Assembly (NCBI GenBank): GCA_963839695.1
Contig: CAWIVW010000010.1
Span: 3,647 to 67,646 of the forward strand
Direction: 5' to 3'
Length of the DNA: 64,000 nucleotides
Source of the DNA: an uncultured Acidimicrobiia bacterium
GTDB taxonomy: Bacteria > Actinomycetota > Acidimicrobiia > Acidimicrobiales > Ilumatobacteraceae
Positions 20,438 to 29,915 of this stretch are shown here, piece by piece (position 1 is the first letter of the stretch; every line of letters begins with the position of its first letter). A model generated the notes under the pieces. That model saw only the letters and a program-made list of their open reading frames with translations. It was not told where the DNA came from and did not search any database. The position numbers were made by a program, and so were the translations under genes.

Positions 20438-21963
20438 TCAGCTCAGCGGGCAGCCGTCCTCGTTGGACTCTGCGAGCAGGTTCTTCGCCTGCTCAATGGT
20501 CAGCCCGACCGGGGTTCACCCCGGACTGGACGATGGCGATGACCTGGGCGACGGTGAAGTCGCTGTCCACGTCGGGGCTGGACGCGTTGAGCAGCGCCGC
20601 GACGGCGTGGCGGGCCAGCGCGTTGACGCCGCCGCCCTGCGCCGGAGGGCTTGCAGCAGCGTCGGGTTGGTCACTCGGACGCCGCCGACCGTCAGGGTCA
20701 CGTCGACGCCGAACACGGTGTCGAACGGTTGCGTCGTCAGGAACCCGACCCACGAGTCGAAGTGCTGGGGCTGCTTCCAGAAACCGGGGGTGCAGCCTTC
20801 GCCGCCGACGGGCTGGATGATCACCGAATCCGTCGGCGGTGTCCCTGATGTTGTTCGGGAAGCCGGTCGGGTTGTAGTTGACGGTGACCGTGTTGACCAG
20901 CGGCGACGGGTCCGAGCTGAGGACGGTGCGGGTCGTGTTGATCACACAGGTGGCCCCGTTGGCGAGGGTGGTGCCGCAGGTCGAGTTGACGACGGCGGGG
21001 TTGCCGGCGAGGAGCAGGTTCCCGGTCAGCGTGTCGGTGATGGTGCCGTTGATGAGCAGCGGCGTGTCAGTGGACGACGTGTTCCTCACCGTGATGGTGC
21101 AGAGTTCGTTCTGGCCGACCTGGATCGGATCCGGCGAGCATGACTTGGTCACGTCCACCGACGGCTGGAACAGGTTCGTGCTGGCACTAGCCGTGGCCGT
21201 GTCCGACGAGCCGACCGCCGAATAGGTGGCGGTCACGGTGTTCACGAGCGGGTCAAGGTCACCGGCTGCCACAGTCCGTTCCCGCACGACCCTTGAACAC
21301 GCCCCCGGCGCCAAGGTGGCCGCGAACGACGCACTGATGTTGCCGAGCAGCGTATCGATGACGGAGACACGGTTCACCGTGGCGAGGCCGGCGTTGCAGA
21401 CCTCGATCGTGTAGGTCACCGAGTCGCCCAGCTTGGAGAGCGCATCGGCCATCTTGGTGACCGTGATGTCAGCCGGCGGGCACACGATGCGCGTGATGTG
21501 CGTGGCGAACGCGCCGGCGGTCAACGGCTCCGGGAAACCGGTGGTGTACAGGAGCTCGATATCCACTCTGTCGACCACATTCGTGCCGCAGAGCGCCGGA
21601 TTGTTCGCGATGGTGACCTGGAATGTCCCTGTACATGGGACGTCCTGCGGCAGGGTGTCACCTTCGTTGATGGCCACTCCACCGGCCGTGCAGGTGATGT
21701 CAACGGCCGTCGAACCCTCTGGACTCGTCTCCGTCAGCAACGTGACCTCGGCAGGAAAGTCACCGGTGTTCGCAACGGCGAAGTTGCAGGTGATGGTCTG
21801 GCCGGGTTGCGCCGTCGCACCTGGACAGTTCTTGAACGCCGACGTGCCAGTCCCTGGATCTTGGGCCTGGACAGGATTCGATGCGACGAGCGTGCCGACG
21901 CCGGCCACAAGGGCAAGCGTGAGCGCGTATCGCGTGCCGCCGAGACCGCAATGCGATAGTCAT
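20438..21963 (-). CDS. Secreted multi-domain surface protein: paralog of the 19118 gene N-domain, plus two further DUF11-like repeats and a C-terminal GCTPGFWKQ domain. Frameshifted (~4 indels).
   Basis: ATG at 21963 (MTIALRSRRH...). SAFKNCPGATAQPGQTITCNFAVANTGDFPAEVTLLTETSPEGSTAVDITCTAGGVAINEGDTLPQDVPCTGTFQV parallels the plus-strand paralog. Frame breaks are near 21925, 20830, 20640 and 20500. The reconstructed end is ...GVNPVGLTIEQAKNLLAESNEDGCPLS*. Confidence 0.7.
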
Positions 21964-22206
21964 GGATAAATGCGCCTTCCATTCGAATTTCGGGAATCAA
22001 TCATTTCCTAAAGCTGTGACCTCGTTTTGACGGACCCGGCTCCTCCTCACTGTGAACGGGGAACGCGCCGACAAGAGGGACCCCAACCCGCCCGGCAGCA
22101 CCACGCGTGTGGACCGTGACATCCCGTTCCCCGGAGCCGACAGAGGCGATCACACAGCCGGGGTCACCCCAACGAGCCGCTCTCACCTTCTGCCCCCAGG
22201 AACGAT

Positions 22207-22635
22207 TCATGTCCACTGCCCACTACTGAAGGCGGCGGCGCCGCCTCGACCTGTCGATCTAAGACCTCGACCCGGGGGGGATGTCAACGTCCCAACCGGC
22301 GGCTGACAAGTCCCTCGTGTGGAGCAGCGGGTCGGACCACCCATCGGTGCCGCCACGGCGGAGACCGCGACCGACACCGCCCCGGGGGGAGCTGCGCCGA
22401 CACTTCGTCGGCCGCGCCGACCGCCACGATCGTCACCGAGTCGGCCCGCTTCCATCGCCGCCGCCTGCCCGACCAGATTGTTGGGGGTAGGACGGGTGCG
22501 GAGGTGGACGCCGGCGGCGGCGAGTTGCTGTCCCCAGCGGTCACCGAGTGTGCGCAAGGATTTGAGCAGCTCCACGTCGGAGAAGGTGGCGCCGTCGAAG
22601 CCACACGCGGTGCAGTGCTCCTGCAGCCGAGACAC
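22207..22635 (-). CDS. Hypothetical protein with an N-terminal HCTACGFDG motif, probably frameshifted or degraded
   Basis: ORF only. MSRLQEHCTACGFDGATFSDVELLKSLRTLGDRWGQQLAAAG looks protein-like, but the remainder degenerates into Arg/Gly-rich sequence. Confidence 0.25.
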   Translation of the reverse strand: MSRLQEHCTACGFDGATFSDVELLKSLRTLGDRWGQQLAAAGVHLRTRPTPNNLVGQAAAMEAGRLGDDRGGRRGRRSVGAAPPGAVSVAVSAVAAPMGGPTRCSTRGTCQPPVGTLTSPPGRGLRSTGRGGAAAFSSGQWT

Positions 22636-22675
22636 CGTACGAGTCTGCTCCGTCAGCGTGCCGGGCGCTCCGAAT

Positions 22676-22691
22676 TAACTTAGATGCAAGT
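22676..22691. promoter_or_regulatory. Palindromic AACTTAGATGCAAGTT element in a divergent promoter region
   Basis: Arms AACTT/AAGTT flank the AGATGC core. It lies between the divergent starts at 22635 (-) and 22757 (+) and shares the AACTTGCATCT core with the sites at 18.4 and 30.7 kb. Confidence 0.3.
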
Positions 22692-22756
22692 TCCGGTGAG
22701 AGAGAGGGGAGCGATCCCGATTCACCGCCGCCTGAGCGAGGCGTACCGTTCCGCCG

Positions 22757-24028
22757 ATGGCGCAGCTCGGGGCCGACGACGTCCAGCTCGACGAGCTCGC
22801 GCACGGGATCGTCAAGCACGCGGCCTCGCTGCGGTCGGCCCGTGGGGCGATCGACGGCGCGGTGCGGTCGCTGTGGTGGCAGGGCGGCGACGCCGACGGG
22901 TTCCGCCAGCAGTGGAATGGCACCCACGGTCCCCGCCTCGGCGCGATCGCCGACCGGCTCGACGAGGTCGGACGCGAGCTGCGCCGGCAGGCCTCCGACC
23001 AGCGCGCCGCGAGCGCGGCCGCATCCGGTGCCGCGGCGGCGCCCGCCGCGTTCGCTGCCGGTCGGCCGGCCGATCCGGCCACTGATCCCGAGCGGAGCGC
23101 GCAACTGCGCGACTTCGACCGCCGGATCGAGCGCCAGGCTGAGGTGATCGACGCCGAGCTCGTCGCCGTCCGCAGCCGGCTCGCCGAGCTGCGGGCCGAA
23201 CCGGATCACGATGGGTTCCTCGAGTGGGTGGGCGACCAGGTACCCATCATCGACTCGCGGGATGAAGCCATCGCCGGCGAGATCGAGCGGCTCGAACAAC
23301 TCGAGCGTCAGCTCGTCGGTTTGCGCGGCGACTCGGCAGCCACGGGAGACCCGCGCCAGTTCCTCGCCTTCTCGGCCGCGTCGGGCGACCACCGCCTCGT
23401 CGAGGTGGTCGGCGATCTCGAGTCCGCCGACCGCGTCGTCATCCACGTCCCCGGGATGAACACCGACCTCGGCGAGTACGCCGACGGTGGCCACGGCAAC
23501 GCGACCAACCTCTACCGCGAGCTGCAGGCCGTGTCCGGCGAGAACGTCGCGGTGATCTCGTTCATGAACTACAACGTCCCGGACGACGTGCTCGAGGCGG
23601 CCGGAGGGGGCGGCGCGGATTCCGGGGTCGACCCGCTGCAGGCGCTCGTCGCCGATCTCCACGACCTCGGCCTGCCCAGCGATCAGCTCGCCGTCGTCGC
23701 CCACAGCTACGGATCGGTAGTGACCGGGCACACCATGCAGGACGGCCTCGACGTCGGCACCGTTGTCACCGTCGGGAGCCCTGGCATGGCCGCTGGTGCG
23801 GACGACCGGAGCGACCTCGGCAGCCCGGGGGTGACGTTGTGGTCCGCCGCCGCCGACAACGACGCGGTCGCATGGGCGCCGTTCCACGGCGAGGACCCGT
23901 CGGACGACGGGTTCGGCGCCAACGGCTTCGACATCGGTGGCGCCAGTGGGCACAGCGAGTACTTCGAAGGGGAGGGACGGTCGCTCACCAATGTCGCCCG
24001 CATCGCCGCCGGGCTACCGCCGCTGTGA
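22757..24028 (+). CDS. WXG100-like N-terminal helical domain fused to a DUF1023-type alpha/beta hydrolase (intact, 423 aa)
   Basis: The N-terminus LWWQGGDADGFRQQWNG is a W-x-G motif within a helical region, followed by a coiled-coil segment. The hydrolase part has VVIHVPGMNT and the nucleophile elbow AHSYGS. Confidence 0.75.
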   Translation: MAQLGADDVQLDELAHGIVKHAASLRSARGAIDGAVRSLWWQGGDADGFRQQWNGTHGPRLGAIADRLDEVGRELRRQASDQRAASAAASGAAAAPAAFAAGRPADPATDPERSAQLRDFDRRIERQAEVIDAELVAVRSRLAELRAEPDHDGFLEWVGDQVPIIDSRDEAIAGEIERLEQLERQLVGLRGDSAATGDPRQFLAFSAASGDHRLVEVVGDLESADRVVIHVPGMNTDLGEYADGGHGNATNLYRELQAVSGENVAVISFMNYNVPDDVLEAAGGGGADSGVDPLQALVADLHDLGLPSDQLAVVAHSYGSVVTGHTMQDGLDVGTVVTVGSPGMAAGADDRSDLGSPGVTLWSAAADNDAVAWAPFHGEDPSDDGFGANGFDIGGASGHSEYFEGEGRSLTNVARIAAGLPPL

Positions 24029-24564
24029 TTCGACCGCGGCGCCTCGCCCGCTGGCGCGTCGGGCTCACCGTTGCGATGCTGGTGGCCGCGTGTGACGGGG
24101 GCGCCGACGACAGGTCGGCCACGACCGGACAAGGAGACGACATGGACCTTGCCACTGCCACGAGCACGACACGGAGCGACGTCGACGCCGCTGTTGTTGC
24201 AGCCGCGTCGGCGGGCACCGACGCGGGACTGGCGCCGGACGCGTTCGCCGTCGAGGAGCGAACCGATCCGTGCTTTGCCGAGATGGGCGGCCTGAGCGGC
24301 GAGGTGCAGGCCGTGGTCGAGGCCTCCGCCGACGCCGGCGACGGCTCCGGCCTGGCTCCGGTGGTCAGCGCCGTCGCGGTGGCCTGGGAGAGCCTGGGCT
24401 ACACGGTCGAACAGGCCGAGCCACCCGAGGGCCCGGCGCCGCTGCTGTTCGCGACCGCCGCTGACGGACGCAAGGCCTCGCTGCGCTACGCCGTGCCCAG
24501 GGCGGACCGTCCGTGGCGGCTGCGCATCGGGGCCAGCTCGCCCTGCGTCGAACCCGACGCCTGA
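24025..24564 (+). CDS. Lipoprotein (180 aa), translationally coupled to the upstream hydrolase
   Basis: GTG at 24025 overlaps the upstream stop (GTGA). The lipobox is LTVAMLVAAC-DGG. No recognisable domain. Confidence 0.6.
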   Translation: MIRPRRLARWRVGLTVAMLVAACDGGADDRSATTGQGDDMDLATATSTTRSDVDAAVVAAASAGTDAGLAPDAFAVEERTDPCFAEMGGLSGEVQAVVEASADAGDGSGLAPVVSAVAVAWESLGYTVEQAEPPEGPAPLLFATAADGRKASLRYAVPRADRPWRLRIGASSPCVEPDA

Positions 24565-24988
24565 CTCGGCTGCAGCGGGCCGCCGGCAGGGCGTAGGTGC
24601 CCTGGGCGACGGCGGTCGGCTTGTGCTGGTGGTCGTCGGCCCAGATCCGCACCGTGCCGACCACGTTGCGGCGGCCGGCGGCATCGATCGTCGCCCGCGC
24701 CCAGAGCACGTCGGCGACCGCGGGGCGGAGGAACCGGATCGACAGCTCCGCGGTCAGCGCCATCGGCTCGATCCGCCCGGTCACGGCGAAGACGAGGTAC
24801 CAGAGGGCGGCGTCGGCGAGGGCGAACTGCGTCGGCCCGGAGACGAAGCCGCCCGGGCGCAGCTCCGCAGCGTCCACGACGCGCGAGGCGACCGCGAACC
24901 CGTCGCCGAGCTCCGTGCAGAGGTTCACGCTGCTCGGGAACGCCTCGCGAACCATCGCGTTGACGTCCTCGGGCGTGGGACGGGACAC
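24365..24988 (-). CDS. PaaI/hotdog-fold thioesterase (the domain ends ~24583; the 3' ORF extension is probably an artefact)
   Basis: MSRPTPEDVNAMVREAF...GGFVSGPTQFALADAALWYLVFA...LSIRFLRPA...GTVRIWADD...AQGTYALP fits a ~135-aa PaaI domain. The open frame then continues ~70 codons into the convergent lipoprotein gene. Confidence 0.65.
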   Translation of the reverse strand: MSRPTPEDVNAMVREAFPSSVNLCTELGDGFAVASRVVDAAELRPGGFVSGPTQFALADAALWYLVFAVTGRIEPMALTAELSIRFLRPAVADVLWARATIDAAGRRNVVGTVRIWADDHQHKPTAVAQGTYALPAARCSRVRRRVRRRASWPRCAAATDGPPWARRSAARPCVRQRRSRTAAAPGPRVARPVRPCSPGSPRPPRRR

Positions 24989-25111
24989 GATCGGGACGGT
25001 AAGGCATCGTCACCGCCGGGCTCCACCCGGACCGATGCGGCCAGAATCTCCGTGCTCTACAATGCAGAGCAAGATGGCTCTGATTCTTAGAGCAGGGCGT
25101 AGACTCCACCT

Positions 25112-26212
25112 GTGATCAATCCGTTCCGGTACACCGAGCCGGTACCCCGCGAGGAGCTCATCGACCGCGATTCGGAGGCGGCCCGGCTCGTGGCGACGGC
25201 GGTCGAAGGGAACAACAGCCGGCTCGTCGCCCCCCGCCGGTACGGCAAGACCTCGCTGTTGCGTCGCGTGGCGAGGGAGCTGCCGAAAGGCTGGGTGAGC
25301 GTCTACATCGACTTCTTCGGCGTGCTCACCGTGGACGACGTCGCCGAGCGGATCGAACGGGCCTACGCGTCACAGCTCACCGGCCGCTTGCGATCGTGGT
25401 TCACCGGCCTGCGGCGACAGCTGCGGCCCACCGTGCGAATCGGCGGTGGCCCGGTCCCAGCCGGCTTGGAGATCGACCTGCAACCGGCGACTGCGTCGCT
25501 CGTCGACCGCCTCGCCCTTCCTCGTCGACTGCACGAGCGTCATGGGCGCCGCGTCTTCGTGATCTTCGACGAGTTCCAGGACGTGCTCGCCGCCGAGCAA
25601 CGGATCGATGCCGTGATCCGGAGTGAGATCCAGCACCACGCGGAGGCGGCGAGCTATGCCTTCGCCGGCTCGCATGTCGGCATGATGAGTCAGCTCTTCG
25701 GCGACCGCCGCCGTGCCTTCTACGGCCAGGCGCGTCCGATCGACCTGACTCCGCTCGCCGACGTCGAGCTCGCCGAGTTCATCGCCGATCGGTTCGAGCG
25801 CAGCGGGAAGCGGATCGGTCAGGCGCTCGAGCCGCTGCTCGCCCTCGTGGAGGGTCATCCCCAGCGGGCGATGCTCGCGGCGCACGCCGTGTGGGAAGCG
25901 ACCCCCGCCGGGAGCGAGGCCAACGAGGAGACCTGGTCGGCCGCGTACGACCGGATCGTGGCCGACACGCGCCCTGAGCTGCGGGCGATCTGGACGGGGC
26001 TGCCGACCGGGCAGCGACGGGTCCTGGCTGCTCTCGCGGTCGGGCAGAGCTTGTACTCGACACGGCGCGAGCACGGCGGCTCCCGCGGGGGAGCGACGAA
26101 GGGCGCGCTCGACGCACTGGTCGACCGCGGGGAAGTCGACCTGACCCGCCCACCGCGGATCGTGGATCCTCTCTTCGCGGCCTGGATCCGGGCCGGTACG
26201 CCCGGTGCCTGA
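25112..26212 (+). CDS. Orphan P-loop ATPase of the Arch_ATPase/ORC-like type with a C-terminal wHTH-like region (intact, 366 aa)
   Basis: GTG start. Walker A is APRRYGKTSL and Walker B is VFVIFDEFQD. The N-terminal FRYTEPVPREELIDRDSE is typical of the PF01637-like family (from memory). Confidence 0.7.
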   Translation: MINPFRYTEPVPREELIDRDSEAARLVATAVEGNNSRLVAPRRYGKTSLLRRVARELPKGWVSVYIDFFGVLTVDDVAERIERAYASQLTGRLRSWFTGLRRQLRPTVRIGGGPVPAGLEIDLQPATASLVDRLALPRRLHERHGRRVFVIFDEFQDVLAAEQRIDAVIRSEIQHHAEAASYAFAGSHVGMMSQLFGDRRRAFYGQARPIDLTPLADVELAEFIADRFERSGKRIGQALEPLLALVEGHPQRAMLAAHAVWEATPAGSEANEETWSAAYDRIVADTRPELRAIWTGLPTGQRRVLAALAVGQSLYSTRREHGGSRGGATKGALDALVDRGEVDLTRPPRIVDPLFAAWIRAGTPGA

Positions 26213-26216
26213 CGTG

Positions 26217-27432
26217 ATGACCCTCGAGCGCGTCGCGGTGGTCGGGGCATCGCTCGCCGGGCTACGAGCGTGCGAGACCCTGCGCACCGAGGGGTTCACC
26301 GGCTCGATCACCCTGATCGGCGAGGAGGAGCACCTGCCGTACGACCGGCCGCCACTGTCGAAGAAGCTGCTCGCCGGCGAGTGGGAGCCCGACCGCATCG
26401 TGCTCCGCAAGCCGGAGGCCATCGATGAGCTCGGTCTCGACCTGCGACTCGGCTGCCGGGCCGTCAGCCTCGACCTCGACGGCCGCGCCATACACCTCGC
26501 CGACGACTCGGTGGTGCCGTTCGACGGCCTCGTCCTCGCCACCGGCTCGCGGCCCCGCCGGCTCCCCGGCCAGGACGCCGTGCCGGGAGTGCGCGAGCTG
26601 CGCACGCTCGGCGACTCGCTCGCCCTGCGCGAGGTGATCGCCGACGGCACGGCGCGGCTGGTGGTCGTCGGCGCGGGCTTCATCGGCCTCGAGGTCGCGG
26701 CCACCGCGCACGCTCTCGGCTGCACCGTGACCGTGCTGGAGGCCGCCGAGGCGCCGTTGATCCGCGGGCTCGGGAGCGCGATGGGCCGGGCCACGACATC
26801 GCTCCACGACGGGATCGCGATCCGGTGCGGGGTGGCGGTCGAGCGCCTGCAGGCTGACGGCGTCCTGCTCGCGGGCGGTGAACGGGTGCCCGCCGACGTC
26901 GTCGTCGTCGGCGTCGGCGTCGCCCCGACGACGGACTGGCTCGAGGGCAGTGGGCTCGAGCTTCGCGACGGGGTGGTCTGCGACCCGACGCTCTGTGCCG
27001 GCGTGGCCGGGGTGTACGCAGCCGGGGATCTGGCCCGCTGGCCGAACGACGCTGTACGGGGAGGAGATGCGGGTCGAGCACTGGACCAACGCCGCCGAGC
27101 AGGGAGCAGCGGCCGCCCACAACCTGCTCGTCACCGCGTCGGGCGGCGACGCCACGGCGTACGCGCCGGTGCCGTTCTTCTGGAGCGACCAGGCTCCCCA
27201 CCGGATCCAGCTGCTCGGCCGCGGTGGCGATGACGACGACGTCGAGGTGCAGGTGGCCGTCGGCTCGCCCGCCGACGGCCGGTTCCTGGCCCTCTACGGT
27301 CGGCGCGGCCGCCTCCTCGGCGCCCTCGGGGTCAACGCCCCTCGGCTGGTGATGCCCTACCGGCCCCTCCTGGCGACGGGCGCGACCTGGGACGACGCGC
27401 TGGCGCTGGCACGTGAACAACGACACACGTAG
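26217..27432 (+). CDS. FAD/NAD(P)-dependent ferredoxin reductase-type oxidoreductase, frameshifted (1 indel near 27055)
   Basis: VAVVGASLAGLRACE (FAD), LPYDRPPLSK, VVVGAGFIGLEVAA (NAD) and YAAGDLARWPN. It continues in another frame as MRVEHWTNAAEQGAAAAHNLL...FFWSDQ. Confidence 0.85.
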
Positions 27433-27538
27433 GAAAGCTGAGTCGCATTCGCCGCAAGGCTTGCCGATCAATCGATAGCCTTCGATACATGAGTGATGGC
27501 GCTGCCTCCACTGACTTCGCATCCGACCCGCCACCCCC

Positions 27539-29854
27539 GTGGGCACCCTCGTCCGCCTGCCGCTGGCGGACCTTCCGGCCACCGTCCTGCCCGGCGCGGT
27601 GATCACCCTCGCGCTCGGCAGCGACCAGCTCCGCCGGGCCATCGAGACCGGGCGCGCCTCGGCCGACGGGCGGGTCGTGCTGCGCGCCGACGACAGCTCG
27701 CTCGGGGTCGTCGCCCAGGTGCCCGACATCGGCGCCCTGCCGACCGGCGAGCCGGTGGCCATCGTGCGCGTCGAGACGCGAGCGCGGATCTCCGCGGTCC
27801 ATGCGTCGGAGCGGGGAGCGACGTACGCCGACGTCGAGATCATCCGCGACCCTCGGCCGACGCCGCGTGTCGAGGCGCTCGGCCGCGAGCTGCGCGCCGT
27901 GCTCGAGTCGATCGCCGAGCTGCGCCGCTCGCGCCGGCTGCCCGAGCTGCTGCGCTCGGCACCAGAGCCGGGCGCGCTCGCCGACGGGGTCGTCACGTGG
28001 GCCGACCTCGACGAAGACCGCCGGCGCGAGGTCCTGGCCGCGATCCCGGTGGCCGACCGCGTCGAGCTCGTCCTGAGCTGGGCGCGCGAGCACCTCGCCG
28101 AGCTGCAGGTCGCCGAGTCGATCCGCAACGACGTCACCGAGGGGGTCGACCGTCAGCAGCGCGAGTACCTGCTGCGGCAGCAGTTGGCCGCGATCCGCAA
28201 GGAGCTGGGCGAGGACGACGGCGACGTCGTCGGCGAGTACCGCACCCGACTCGAATCGCTCGACGTCCCGGAGTCCGCCCACAACTTCATCGCCAAGGAG
28301 ATCGACCGCCTCGAGCGCACCAGTGCGCAGTCGCCCGAGCAGAGCTGGATCCGCACCTGGCTGGACCGGGTGTTCGAGCTGCCGTGGGGCGTGCGCAGCG
28401 ACGACACCATCGACCTCGCCGCGGCCCAGCAGATCCTCGACGAGGACCATTACGGACTCGCCGACGTCAAGTCGCGCATCGTCGAGTTCCTCGCCGTGCG
28501 CAAGCTGCGCGACGAGCGCAACATCGACGCGGACGAGAACCTGCCCAAGCCGGCGCGCGGGCACGGCGCCATCGTCACCCTCGTCGGCCCTCCCGGCGTC
28601 GGCAAGACCAGCCTCGGTGAGTCCATCGCCAGGGCGATGGGCCGCAAGTTCGTCCGCGTCGCCCTCGGCGGCATTCGCGACGAGGCGGAGATCCGCGGCC
28701 ACCGCCGCACCTACGTCGGGTCCCAGCCCGGGCGCATCGTGAAGGCGATCACCGAGGCAGGCACGATGAACCCGGTCGTCCTGCTCGACGAGGTCGACAA
28801 GCTCGGCATGGGCGCCTGGTCGGGCGACCCGACCGCGGCGCTGCTCGAGGTGCTCGACCCGGCGCAGAACCACACGTTCCGCGACCACTACCTCGAGCTC
28901 GACCTCGACCTGTCCGAGGTCGTGTTCATCGCCACCGCCAACCTCCTCGACACCGTGCCCGCGCCGCTGCTCGACCGGATGGACGTCGTCCGTCTCGACG
29001 GCTACACCGACGACGAGAAGGTGTTCATCGCCCGGCGCTACCTGCTGCCCCGGCAGCTGCGGCGAGCCGGGCTCGCCGACGCCGAGCTGCCCGTCGACGA
29101 CGAGACGATCGTGGCGATCGTGCGCGGCTACACGCGGGAAGCGGGTGTCCGCTCGCTGGAGCGTGAGCTCGGTCGCTTGGCGAGCAAGGCCGCGGCGAAG
29201 GTCGCGGCCGGCGAGCCGTTGCCCGCGCTCGATCGGGAGCACCTGACCGAGTGGCTCGGCCGGGTGAAGGTCGTCGACGACGTGCCCGAGCGCACCGAGC
29301 TCCCGGGAGTCGCCACCGGACTCGCCGTCACCGGCCACGGCGGCGACGTGCTCTTCATCGAGACCACCGCGTTCCCGACGAGTGCCGAGGGGGAGCCCGG
29401 ACTGACGCTCACCGGTCAGCTCGGTGACGTGATGAAGGAGTCGGCGCAGATCGCCCTCAACTACGTGCGGTCCGCACGCGGCGAGCTCGGCATCGAGCCG
29501 TCGAGCGTCCAGCGCCGGTTCCACGTCCACGTGCCGGCCGGGGCGGTGCCCAAGGACGGCCCCTCGGCGGGGATCACGATGACCACCGCGCTCGTCAGCC
29601 TGCTGCGCGACCAGCCGGTGAAGGACACCGTCGGCATGACCGGCGAGATCACGTTGCAGGGCGCCGTGCTCCCCATCGGCGGGGTCAAGCAGAAGGTGCT
29701 GGCCGCCCACCGGGCGGGGCTGCGCGAGGTGGTGCTGCCCAAGCGCAACGCCGCCGACCTCGACGACGTCCCCGAGGCGGTGCGCGACGAGATGACCTTC
29801 CACCTCGCCAACACCTACACCGACGTCCTCGCCGCCGCCTTCGCCGCCGCCTGA
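27539..29854 (+). CDS. lon: ATP-dependent Lon protease (intact, 771 aa)
   Basis: Lon N-domain, Walker A GPPGVGKTSLGESIA, LLDEVDKL, and the protease Ser motif PKDGPSAGITMTTALVS. Confidence 0.95.
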   Translation: MGTLVRLPLADLPATVLPGAVITLALGSDQLRRAIETGRASADGRVVLRADDSSLGVVAQVPDIGALPTGEPVAIVRVETRARISAVHASERGATYADVEIIRDPRPTPRVEALGRELRAVLESIAELRRSRRLPELLRSAPEPGALADGVVTWADLDEDRRREVLAAIPVADRVELVLSWAREHLAELQVAESIRNDVTEGVDRQQREYLLRQQLAAIRKELGEDDGDVVGEYRTRLESLDVPESAHNFIAKEIDRLERTSAQSPEQSWIRTWLDRVFELPWGVRSDDTIDLAAAQQILDEDHYGLADVKSRIVEFLAVRKLRDERNIDADENLPKPARGHGAIVTLVGPPGVGKTSLGESIARAMGRKFVRVALGGIRDEAEIRGHRRTYVGSQPGRIVKAITEAGTMNPVVLLDEVDKLGMGAWSGDPTAALLEVLDPAQNHTFRDHYLELDLDLSEVVFIATANLLDTVPAPLLDRMDVVRLDGYTDDEKVFIARRYLLPRQLRRAGLADAELPVDDETIVAIVRGYTREAGVRSLERELGRLASKAAAKVAAGEPLPALDREHLTEWLGRVKVVDDVPERTELPGVATGLAVTGHGGDVLFIETTAFPTSAEGEPGLTLTGQLGDVMKESAQIALNYVRSARGELGIEPSSVQRRFHVHVPAGAVPKDGPSAGITMTTALVSLLRDQPVKDTVGMTGEITLQGAVLPIGGVKQKVLAAHRAGLREVVLPKRNAADLDDVPEAVRDEMTFHLANTYTDVLAAAFAAA

Positions 29855-29915
29855 GCCGCGACAGGGGGACACGTCCCCGGTGACAGCGGGCGGCCGTCGG
29901 CATCAGCCTGGCCCC

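Noticed and set aside
25040-25062. The TGCTCT-N7-AGAGCA palindrome and TACAAT hexamer upstream of the ATPase gene, considered as a defined operator/promoter feature.
   Set aside because: The arms are only 6 bp and there is no convincing -35 element. It is mentioned under the ATPase finding but not annotated as a feature.
27440-27475. A possible HspR/HAIR heat-shock operator (CTTGAGT-N7-ACTCAAG) upstream of lon, in GCTGAGTCGCATTCGCCGCAAGG.
   Set aside because: Only about 5/7 + 5/7 matches, and only with a non-canonical 8-nt spacer. That is too weak to call.
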